From Patescibacteria group bacterium (lineage in GTDB: Bacteria; Patescibacteriota; Patescibacteriia; UBA10025; JAHIVO01): 64,000 nt of DNA. The position numbers were made by a program, and so were the translations under genes. This document shows positions 10,501 through 16,712 of this stretch, in pieces. Each line of letters starts with the position of its first letter. Within the stretch, counting starts at the first letter, position 1. The stretch covers positions 877,942 to 941,941 of the forward strand of contig JBMOKY010000001.1 of NCBI GenBank assembly GCA_049325535.1, read 5' to 3'. The notes below the pieces were generated by a model that was given only the letters and a program-made list of their open reading frames with translations, was not told where the DNA came from and did not search any database.

Positions 10501-12745
10501 CAGTCCCTAACGTTGGCGGATCATTGAAATACACCTGTCCGGCCGCCGTCCCAAAGGCTTCGCCAGTCAGGTTCACTGTGGCATTCTGAACGCCGCAATT
10601 CGGCACTGCTTCGCACAGGGTCGGACCGGGCGTTTCTGTGGTATAGATAAATTTAATAATATTGCTCGGCCATGCCCCGCCCGTACCATGTACCTGGATG
10701 CCTACCACGGAATTCGGCACGGCTGTGGGACATTCATACCAATGATGGATGGAAGTATCACAAGCGGTGATGCCGATGGATCCGAGATTATCAGGAACTT
10801 TGATCAGCACCTCATCATCCTCCCAGGTGGTGGTACAATTCGGATAATCAGCGCTCACCCGGGCATAGGAACTGAGATTGATGAAATCCACGGTGCCACC
10901 GGCAGTAAACCCGTTGTTCCCACCCGGCCGTTTTAATAGCGTCACGGCCTGCCCAATACCCCCATGCGCTTGTCCGCTCCGGCCTGACGCTTTACTGATC
11001 TGAGGACTCGATACATCGAATATTTGGTTGTTACTCACATCCTCTGGGTTTGGTCCGATGTCCACTCGGACATTGCCATCGGCAGCGCCGGCTGATGGTG
11101 TGGCACTGGCAAATGCTGCGGGACCCGCCGGAATCCGAGTAGTAATTTCGTCACCAGCGGGACTCCAGCTGACGAGACAGTTGAGATTCGGATTGCCGGT
11201 GCCATCCACGCAGCGCGAATCATGCATCACCTCGCTGTTAAATATGATGTCGCCGGTGATGGATAGATTGCTGCCGGAAATAGTCACTTCCGGTTCATCA
11301 TACCGGCGGCTGACTGGTGAGATGCTGGTAATTTCCGGAGTGCACTGGGTATTGGTCGTATCCGTATCCGCGAAGAAATTCCACGGCACCACCTCGCCGC
11401 CGTTCGGTTGATTTGCGATTGTCATGAAATCATCACCCGGGCTACCATCTTCGTTTGTATTGTAGTCACCGTCCAGATGGTTCAGGCAGACATCCATCAA
11501 ACCATTGGTCGGGTCGTTGTTGCCGGGCGTACCGGCCGTCAGCGTCATGGAATATTCATTACCGGCCGTCATGGTCACCGCCGGCCGCGTGGAAAAAGCA
11601 TCCCACGTGCTAGGAACACCAAACGGGGTTTTCAGGGCAGCCGCCGCACCCGCGGTCAGATCCGTGTAGGTAACGGTACTCGTGTTCATCGACGCTTTGC
11701 GCATCTTCTGGGAAAATGTCACGGCAATCGGCGTATTCAGACAGATATCAGTCGCATTATCCTGGGGGTATATGCCCGTTACCGTCGGGGGTTCATTCAG
11801 CGTCGACGTGCCAGTGGTGAAAAACCACACATGGCCGGCAAACGGCCGTGCGGCTGCAGGCGGCGTGGGCAATTCAGTAATCGCGTCAGTGCAGTTTGGT
11901 CCCGGAGCCGTGCCGCACAGATAGGCCATGTAGGTCGTGTTGGGCAGATGTTCCTGATTCGGCAGAAATTCCAGTACATCACCGCTGGCCTGCCACGTAC
12001 CCGGCACCCAATCGCCCTGGCAAACCCCAGCGCAGATTCCAGAGGCACACTCGGCATCGTTCCCACAGCCCGTTCCGGCTGGCGCGCCTCCGTCCACATA
12101 GAGGAAAGCCGCACCATTGACGTGGGCCGGGTCCACCGTACCGCTAAATTCCGCCTGGACGATGCTGCACATATAAACATTTATCTCGCCATCAGCCGGA
12201 TCGGTATTGGTCACACGGAATGAATTGCCACCGGACACGTCGCATCCCGGCCAGGCATTTTGGTACTGCCAGGTGCCGTCACCGCTGCCATTATCGATAC
12301 ACAGATAACAGCCATTGGCATCGCCAATCGTACAGCTGGATGCACTGGGGTTGGTCAATTCCAGCGCCCGATCAATAATAAACGTAACGATAGCCCAGGC
12401 AAACATGACAATCAACAGCCCGACCACCGCCCGGGTAATAATCTTTTTTGCTTTATCTACTTTGTCCGTATTGCCCGCCGCAGTCATCCAGATAAATCCG
12501 CCGTACATGATGAAAATGACGGCGATCAGCCCAAGAAACCCGAGCGCCCACTGGACGACGCGGATCACGGTGGACATCAGATCAGCAGTACCTAATCCAA
12601 AGGTTGCCCCAAAATTCGGATCAACATCGACCTGCGCCCACGCTGCCGGCGCAATCCCCATCGCCATCGCGGCCATCGCAGCGAAACCAAACAGGACCCC
12701 CGCCAGGGCAAACCAGAAATTTTTGTTTTTCATTCGATTATTCAT
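4553..12745 (-). CDS. Giant (2730 aa) surface protein: N-terminal VirB2/TrbC-like T4SS-pilin domain fused to a ~2600-aa Cys-rich extracellular region
   Basis: 8.2-kb ORF. The N-terminus has a signal peptide (ending AWAQ), then two long hydrophobic helices separated by a short polar loop (VIRVVQWALGFLGLIAVIFIMYGGFIWMTAAGNTDKVDKAKKIITRAVVGLLIVMFAWAIVTFII), the VirB2/TrbC conjugative-pilin organisation. The remainder is Thr/Gly/Cys-rich with Ig-like segments and a C-terminal Cys-rich knot. Confidence 0.6.
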   Translation of the reverse strand: MNNRMKNKNFWFALAGVLFGFAAMAAMAMGIAPAAWAQVDVDPNFGATFGLGTADLMSTVIRVVQWALGFLGLIAVIFIMYGGFIWMTAAGNTDKVDKAKKIITRAVVGLLIVMFAWAIVTFIIDRALELTNPSASSCTIGDANGCYLCIDNGSGDGTWQYQNAWPGCDVSGGNSFRVTNTDPADGEINVYMCSIVQAEFSGTVDPAHVNGAAFLYVDGGAPAGTGCGNDAECASGICAGVCQGDWVPGTWQASGDVLEFLPNQEHLPNTTYMAYLCGTAPGPNCTDAITELPTPPAAARPFAGHVWFFTTGTSTLNEPPTVTGIYPQDNATDICLNTPIAVTFSQKMRKASMNTSTVTYTDLTAGAAAALKTPFGVPSTWDAFSTRPAVTMTAGNEYSMTLTAGTPGNNDPTNGLMDVCLNHLDGDYNTNEDGSPGDDFMTIANQPNGGEVVPWNFFADTDTTNTQCTPEITSISPVSRRYDEPEVTISGSNLSITGDIIFNSEVMHDSRCVDGTGNPNLNCLVSWSPAGDEITTRIPAGPAAFASATPSAGAADGNVRVDIGPNPEDVSNNQIFDVSSPQISKASGRSGQAHGGIGQAVTLLKRPGGNNGFTAGGTVDFINLSSYARVSADYPNCTTTWEDDEVLIKVPDNLGSIGITACDTSIHHWYECPTAVPNSVVGIQVHGTGGAWPSNIIKFIYTTETPGPTLCEAVPNCGVQNATVNLTGEAFGTAAGQVYFNDPPTLGTVLPPWTEGLVTARVPNLANGSYTVNVQDAGGVGSNEKGFSVPCGDIPRVVENPSCAATCVGGPTPGSLCNNDDQCGLGGVCQISMASPNPYKGATDVCVNAAFGARFNMLMNPATISTLNILLDSCGSDPTCAAPVAEPHNMWTGAPVDWFVTRRVAAGVPIDLEPDTYYRVTIRRQVESAAGARMNADYVWMVKTKADTGPCPVEDVMVMPGNAVIYNIGDTEAYSALAIGPNCALLDSSDYTWSWTSDSAIIASVTGSTTPNETATGNALGTTYINASAEGESGRGRLKVDPASCAFNPTRCADPDQDGVNECTGSRCDIYADRCVPVIADYNEDGQMISPQTGIGGSFVTIEGCYFGNTLGTVYFGGNAGVYECVNAWSDHSITVSEPGNPAPNRYLIDVHRPDGRCLGGTNDGTICTDSASCTGGGVCTRFTTSDNSTYGANQTDINTYYFDVSNMCSGICVGGANANQACEDNADCASGNCSGGVPPPSGVAPGICPPLDPASGREGTTVLITGQNFSPATLNPATTRVYYHAGRDDTWDEVVTDRSQAWTNTSISRSQVPDGAVTGGVSVQVNNCPSNSQTFSISCSRNSQCSTGCCQGNICVAAGNCSTGAVGTLCQLPANATNNGTCAVGPLSSGGDYRCIDPAGHRDPNVPLGAGYPPAGEEDCRTCCYPGQVSSTGLTCSTNIRACSGTTRGMYCGCTADAQCTGGTGCGTDTCCTARPAISGWLPATSPLQCRNAAFTVNFSEQMLGSSFVIGSDVTAPGADESVFLVDTTANVTVPARVRKQVSSITVYSTEMLANGHSYEVRLRTELIQSDNGVAMTAAPGWASHAWTIAPAADVCRIDDIEVNFIDYRPGINEYPPLKPTFICSFAGCFPGDFGLPGANLYLFAYPLDQFDNILNGGTSPIQITWTETDPAEVFTPTHTTPVPTPGCPSPADDLLDCFLTSDNHDGTGYFNITADGTSTTFGDLGTFTKSVPVLGTLCTAPWPDPSIDPHPYVDAVTNFSTWYCREDGLPALKSVADIVIKDGAPSVPGEDELIREFFFLRDGTDDAIGIRVMENENRLSPFSWYRRQFGPAAPEPQSLTVDGYPAVRAGRTVYVAATNLVGGVLYANIYLMSYNEEASGETIEIYNRLLKNWSFNTNISGENKGRIQRDIKRLADLSDIAGSLIDYKGAQKEYPRLAGGTFVANVSTSLWPSWQETLGAALNRSMPTDPINKFNSCSGDYDANTCWDDTNKRYICYAGSRSYQYLVTPSGDAASLFTNLEYLGPGSWVNYAGDPYAAIPNASSNCLNYEYGITGTATDRQGPIINSVDSLVAGVNLISGTRAMTVDVVDVPSGVDRVEYYMDGIRTATDSDGSDGWSWSLGTGAYPDGQHTFSVRAYDTVGNRTEVSYTLDINNAGGADTTAPFVRIIVPQNNATVSGAVSIQIDASDNVDIANIYYDILNSSCSTGGGSPNYGHDSMAFPGVQNQASHTFNWDSTAAPNETVCIRAVADDGARLAAATARINVSNPDLVDPAVSIIAPPASPPSVADATPIIISATDNVGIARVDVYIDSQYRGGAGPTGNPDEYSFDWNTKIYPNGDHLLQAYAYDDWGNNTASSVVTVNVDNLENDITPPTVTFVPPTPATGTSVDGLLTIRVDAVDNNAVSRVNFYVDYLQRGIDWVGEPSPPEYWEWQLDTNLLSDGWHRIQVDALDAVGNRSPSIEIRVNVRGPGGPSISNGVVDPETGLPGTAFCILADVVSATGIARVEAVIQYPDEVEIDRVPLTATGAVSYQGSWTSPSSGPERSYYVDIEAESNDGYVSQFENIVGSTGACGGGGAPGAVPVITSTLSRTGTVGTAFSYTITATNSPTSYNATGMPAWMTRTNNVLSGTPTGTGTFSIVISATNASGTTSQTLTVTISNPSTCPVCFYNGPGNCSSYTNSTTCTANQCVWQSTPLPARCRPYDCSTHDGAAAACEARINCTCSGGV

Positions 12746-12800
12746 GCGTCTGCATGACCATTAGTGAAGCATGGAACCTATGGCATCGAATGGACGCAGC

Positions 12801-13244
12801 TCAGGCGTCCAGTTTTGTTTTCAGAATTTGAGAAACGAGCGCGCCGTCCGCCTGGCCTTTGGTCCGCGCCATGACCGCCTTCATCACCACGCCGAATTGT
12901 GGAACGCTCTCCTGCTCAGCCAGTACCGCATCGACAATGCTACCGATCGCGGCTTCATCGAGTTGCGCTGGTAAATATGATTCGATAATGCGTAATTCGG
13001 CCGCTTCTTGTGCAGCCAGTTCTGGTCGATTGCCCTGCTGATATGCCGCCATCGCCTCTTTCCGTTTCTTGGCTTCTGATTTGAGAACTTTCAGCACGGT
13101 ATCCTCGCTCAGCGCTTGTGTCCGGTCAGCGATGCCACGATTGTGTAATGCGTTTTTGAGCAAACGTAAAACTGATAGCCGATCCGCCTCTTTGCGGGTC
13201 ATAGCTTCCTTGATGTCTGCCTCTATGCGATCACGAATACTCAT
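12801..13244 (-). CDS. yqeY: GatB/YqeY domain protein
   Basis: 147-aa ORF with YqeY-family sequence (MSIRDRIEADIKEAMTRKEADRLSVLRLLKNAL...). It lies immediately downstream of rpsU, the conserved rpsU-yqeY operon. Confidence 0.85.
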   Translation of the reverse strand: MSIRDRIEADIKEAMTRKEADRLSVLRLLKNALHNRGIADRTQALSEDTVLKVLKSEAKKRKEAMAAYQQGNRPELAAQEAAELRIIESYLPAQLDEAAIGSIVDAVLAEQESVPQFGVVMKAVMARTKGQADGALVSQILKTKLDA

Positions 13245-13262
13245 GGAAATGCGGGGGACGGA

Positions 13263-13553
13263 TTATTTTTTGCCGATTCTAGCCTGGAGTAATTTCTTGA
13301 TAGTGCCGCGTTTATTGGGACGACGCGGATCGATGAATTCTTCCAGTTTACCAATCTTGCGTAGATATTCTTTTTTATCCTTGATCAGTAGGCGTCGTGC
13401 GGCTGCTTCTTTTTCCTGTAGTTTGCTTTTCTTCGGACTGTAATACCGGCCTTTTTTTGCCCGGAGCAACACGCCCGATGACTGCACTCGCTTGGTAAAT
13501 CGCCGCAAAAGGCTCTCTACTGACTCGCCATCGCGCTTCTTTACTTCAACCAC
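13263..13553 (-). CDS. rpsU: 30S ribosomal protein S21
   Basis: 96-aa basic protein whose LRRFTKRVQSSGVL core matches S21. The start is GTG (cac at 13551-13553), preceded by an AAAGGAAGGTGA ribosome-binding site. Confidence 0.8.
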   Translation of the reverse strand: MVEVKKRDGESVESLLRRFTKRVQSSGVLLRAKKGRYYSPKKSKLQEKEAAARRLLIKDKKEYLRKIGKLEEFIDPRRPNKRGTIKKLLQARIGKK

Positions 13554-13625
13554 GTGAATGTCACCTTCCTTTCTAAAAAATGTATTATGATTTCCCTCGG
13601 TTTTTTTATTCCGAAAATCAAACTT

Positions 13626-13655
13626 ACTATAACACTATTTTCCTGATATTGTCAA
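13626..13655 (-). promoter_or_regulatory. Sigma70-like promoter for rpsU-yqeY (TTGACA-N18-TATAGT)
   Basis: On the minus strand, TTGACA (13655-13650) and TATAGT (13631-13626) are separated by an 18-nt spacer, about 70 nt upstream of the rpsU start. Confidence 0.4.
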
Positions 13656-13707
13656 TTTACCCAAAAATTGCCCACTCTGGCTATGTCCACGAGAGCAAAC
13701 GATGGTT

Positions 13708-14052
13708 TTAAAACATAGAGGGGAGCTGGGCGCCACCCAAGAGATGTAGATGCAGATGCGGTATGGTCTGCCCACCATGTGCGCCTGTATTGATGACTAC
13801 CTTATACCCACCATCGCTGATCCTGAGCTGGGTTGCTACCTGCGGAATAGCTGCGAGCATTTCAGCCATCATGGGGTGATCTGCCGGGGTAATCTCCCGC
13901 AGTGACGGCACGTGCCGTTTGGATATAAATAACAGATGCACCGGCGCTTGCGGTTCGATATCCCGGATAACGATAAACGACTGGCCGTCGTGCACGCGCT
14001 CGGCACTGACGACTCCGCTCACGATCCGACAAAAAATGCAGTCATCGGTCAT
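13708..14052 (-). CDS. HIT-family (histidine triad) nucleotide hydrolase
   Basis: 114-aa ORF with the HLHLHLL histidine-triad motif. Its start overlaps the hisS stop by 4 nt. Confidence 0.9.
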   Translation of the reverse strand: MTDDCIFCRIVSGVVSAERVHDGQSFIVIRDIEPQAPVHLLFISKRHVPSLREITPADHPMMAEMLAAIPQVATQLRISDGGYKVVINTGAHGGQTIPHLHLHLLGGAQLPSMF

Positions 14053-15503
14053 AATAGTTTCTGCTGGTCAGCGTCCGTCTGCTCCGGCACTGACACCGCA
14101 GGTGATGCCGACCCGTTATTTTGTTTCACGCCGTGTTTCGACAGGCGCTTCTGTAATTCAGGAATCATTTTTTCCGCGTCAAACGTTTCCTGGATGCCAC
14201 TCTCCATGTCACGAATCAGGATGGTATGATCCATCAGCTCCTTCTGTCCGATGATAACCGTAAATTTCACCGCCAGTTTATGCGCCTGCTCCATCTGCGG
14301 CTTCAGACCATTTTTGGAAAAACTTTCCGCTACTCGAAATCCGGCGCTACGCAGCTGACCAAACACCTTAAGAGATTTTTTTCGAGCCTCATCACCGAGC
14401 TGCGCCACAAAAATGTCAGGTCCGGGCAGGGTGGGAATAGAAATGTTACGTTTCTTCAATTCATTGATCAGCCGCTCAATACCAATAGCAAACCCCATGG
14501 CCGACGTCGGTTGTCCGCCGAGCTCCTCGACCAGGTAATCATACCGTCCGCCTCCCCCCAGCGCGCTCTGCGCTGATGGCTTTTCTGTTGCATCAGCCAC
14601 GGCAGTCGCCTCTCCGGCATCGGCCGATGAATTATCAGCAGGAACTTCCGGCAAGTCACTGACCAGTGGCCAGATTTCAAATGCAGTGCGCGAATAATAG
14701 TCCAGCCCACGCACCAACCGGGGATTCAAAACGTAGGGGATATCCAGCTCGTCCAGATGTTCCAGTACTTTCACAAAATGCTGATTTGACTCTTCGTCCA
14801 GGTAGTCAACAATTTGCGGGGCTTCCTGTACCAGCGCCTGGGTATCAGGATGTTTGCTATCCAGGAGCCTCAGTGGGTTCGCCTGTAACCGGAGTGCATC
14901 CTCTTCCGGCAGTGAATTCTTCCGCGTTTTAAAATAATCATGCAACGCCTTGATGTAGTCTTTGCGCGCTTCCGGAGAACCGAGGCTATTGACCTGCAGC
15001 GACACCGGCAACCCCATATCGGCAAACATGGTATAAGCCATCATCATCAGCTGTGCGTCAATCACCGGATGCGCGTCCCCGAGCACCTCAAATCCGAACT
15101 GATAAAACTGCCGATACCGCCCTGCCTGCGGCCGATCATAGCGGAAAAACGGACCAATATAATATAATTTTACAGGCTGCGGACGATTGAGCATACCGTG
15201 TTCTATATAGGCGCGCACCACGCCGGCCGTCCCCTCCGGACGCAGCGCCACGGTTTCGCCGGATTTATCCTCGAACACGTACATCTCTTTTTCCACGATG
15301 TCAGTTTCTTTGCCGACCGAACGGATAAAGAGACTGGCGTCCTCGAGATAGGGCAAATCAATACGCTGAAAACTGAATGTCGAGGCGACCGCATCCACTG
15401 ACCGACGCACATAGTCCCAATACGGCTGCTCGTCAGGTAAAATATCCTTAAACCCTCGCAGCAACTGCGGAGTCTTTTTTGGTTTTTCAGATTTTTTGGG
15501 CAT
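14049..15503 (-). CDS. hisS: Histidyl-tRNA synthetase
   Basis: 484-aa ORF with class-II aaRS motifs matching HisRS (RGFKDILP, EKEMY, LRPEGTAGVVRAY). It carries an Ala/Asp-rich insertion and a C-terminal anticodon-binding domain. Confidence 0.9.
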   Translation of the reverse strand: MPKKSEKPKKTPQLLRGFKDILPDEQPYWDYVRRSVDAVASTFSFQRIDLPYLEDASLFIRSVGKETDIVEKEMYVFEDKSGETVALRPEGTAGVVRAYIEHGMLNRPQPVKLYYIGPFFRYDRPQAGRYRQFYQFGFEVLGDAHPVIDAQLMMMAYTMFADMGLPVSLQVNSLGSPEARKDYIKALHDYFKTRKNSLPEEDALRLQANPLRLLDSKHPDTQALVQEAPQIVDYLDEESNQHFVKVLEHLDELDIPYVLNPRLVRGLDYYSRTAFEIWPLVSDLPEVPADNSSADAGEATAVADATEKPSAQSALGGGGRYDYLVEELGGQPTSAMGFAIGIERLINELKKRNISIPTLPGPDIFVAQLGDEARKKSLKVFGQLRSAGFRVAESFSKNGLKPQMEQAHKLAVKFTVIIGQKELMDHTILIRDMESGIQETFDAEKMIPELQKRLSKHGVKQNNGSASPAVSVPEQTDADQQKLL

Positions 15504-15506
15504 ACA

Positions 15507-16154
15507 TTATGCGGGGGTTAATTGATAGGTCGGCGGGGTAAAAAGGGTAAACGTTTCAAACGGCCAGACGCGAAGCCACGCGCGTCCCACGATTTCCCGA
15601 CGCGGAAGCGGTCCGAAACTGCGCGAGTCGAGGCTCACCGGGCGGTTGTCACCCATCACAAAATACTGATCAGCGCCGAGTTCGACGCGCTGATTTCCGC
15701 TCGTCTGGATATAATCAGCCAGATACGATTCAGGTAAAGCAGCTCCTTCTGGATTCTGTTCATTGATAATCGTCACTCTGCCATCACCGATTTCCACGAC
15801 CTCATGGGGGAGGCCGATGATCCGCTTGATCAAAAATTCAGCTGTATTCTTTGGGTCCCGAATCACCACCACGTCACCTCGCTGCGGATCATTGAATCGA
15901 TAGGTGATTTCGTCGATAATCAAATACTGATTGTCTTCAAAATTCGGTTCCATCGAAGCGCCACGGACATAGAACGGCTGAAACAAAAAATAGCGGATGG
16001 GTATGATGATCACCACTGCGATCAGGACTATCTTAATGAGTTCTATCAAAAAACCCCGCGGCGATTTCGCGTACGCCGGCACGTCGTCTTTGGCTTTCGG
16101 CTTGGCGAGTGACGCCTCTTTTTGGATCGTCTCTCGGTCAGGCGTAATTTTCAT
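15507..16154 (-). CDS. lepB: Signal peptidase I (S26 family)
   Basis: 215-aa ORF with an N-terminal TM helix, the catalytic Ser box (RGASMEPNF) and the Lys box (GDNRPVSLDSR). Confidence 0.9.
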   Translation of the reverse strand: MKITPDRETIQKEASLAKPKAKDDVPAYAKSPRGFLIELIKIVLIAVVIIIPIRYFLFQPFYVRGASMEPNFEDNQYLIIDEITYRFNDPQRGDVVVIRDPKNTAEFLIKRIIGLPHEVVEIGDGRVTIINEQNPEGAALPESYLADYIQTSGNQRVELGADQYFVMGDNRPVSLDSRSFGPLPRREIVGRAWLRVWPFETFTLFTPPTYQLTPA

Positions 16155-16204
16155 ACTTCATACATTGTTAATATATCACCTGCGGTTGTGTTTGGGGATC
16201 GACA

Positions 16205-16278
16205 TGGGCGCGATAGGAGTCGAACCTATGACCTCACGAATGTGAATCGTGCGCTCTAACCAACTGAGCTACGCGCCC
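16205..16278 (-). tRNA. tRNA-Val (anticodon CAC)
   Basis: The reverse complement reads GGGCGCG-TA-GCTC-AGTTGGTTA-GAGC-G-CACGA-TTCACAT-TCGTG-AGGTC-ATAGG-TTCGACT-CCTAT-CGCGCCC-A, a canonical cloverleaf with anticodon CAC. CCA is not encoded. Confidence 0.85.
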
Positions 16279-16344
16279 GTGAGTTTTTTGTTAATATATC
16301 GTCTGCCTGCAGCGGACTTCAGGTTAAACTCTCTGATGTGCGCT

Positions 16345-16404
16345 CCCCGCCCGACCGGACGACTCCGGTCGTTCGGGCGGGTAACCAACTGAGCTAATCA
16401 CCCC
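16345..16404 (-). other. tRNA 5'-half-like fragment (GGGGTGATTAGCTCAGTTGGTTA) abutting a 37-nt GC-rich palindrome; no matching 3' half
   Basis: The reverse complement of 16380-16404 has an acceptor 5' strand and D-arm identical to the neighbouring tRNA-Val genes. The sequence then runs into the imperfect palindrome 16345-16381 (cccgcccgaACCGGAcgacTCCGGTcgttcgggcggg). No T-arm or acceptor 3' strand follows. Confidence 0.35.
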
Positions 16405-16519
16405 TGACCTTGGGGTCCCCACGAGCTGCGAAGCAGGTCGTGGGGAAAGGGGCGCACGAGCTGAGGGTGAAGTAGGATGGTGAAACCATCACACGAAACC
16501 CGAACCTCGTGATGACCCG

Positions 16520-16596
16520 TGGTGGGCGGTGGAGGATTCGAACCTCCGACCTTTACAATGTCAATGTAACGCTCTAACCAACTGAGCTAACCGCCC
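16520..16596 (-). tRNA. tRNA-Val (anticodon GAC), CCA encoded
   Basis: The reverse complement reads GGGCGGT-TA-GCTC-AGTTGGTTA-GAGC-G-TTACA-TTGACAT-TGTAA-AGGTC-GGAGG-TTCGAAT-CCTCC-ACCGCCC-A-CCA. Confidence 0.9.
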
Positions 16597-16684
16597 TCAA
16601 GGTTTTATTACTGTGACGCTCCCCGCCCGACTGGACGGCGTAAATAATTTCAAATAACCAAGAAAAATCAGCGAATTAGAGGCA

Positions 16685-16712
16685 GTATACCACGAAAAAA
16701 ACGATCGTCAAA
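16685..16712 (-). promoter_or_regulatory. Sigma70-like promoter (TTTGAC-N17-TATACT) upstream of the tRNA-Val cluster
   Basis: On the minus strand, TTTGAC (16712-16707) and TATACT (16690-16685) lie immediately after the stop of the 820-aa gene. The GC-rich motif 16613-16638 falls in the predicted leader. Confidence 0.4.

Noticed and set aside
11408-12223. 271-aa Arg/His-rich plus-strand ORF antisense to the 2730-aa gene
   Set aside because: It lies entirely inside the giant minus-strand CDS. The Arg/His/Gly-rich composition is the mirror-frame artefact of a Thr/Pro/Ala-rich gene. Many similar ORFs between 4.5-12.7 kb and 23.4-36.7 kb were dismissed on the same grounds.
16345-16404. Calling a third complete tRNA (e.g. 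tRNA-His with G-1) in the tRNA-Val spacer
   Set aside because: The acceptor and D-arm are present, but no anticodon stem can be paired after the palindrome and no T-arm or acceptor 3' strand follows. It is reported only as a fragment or structured element.
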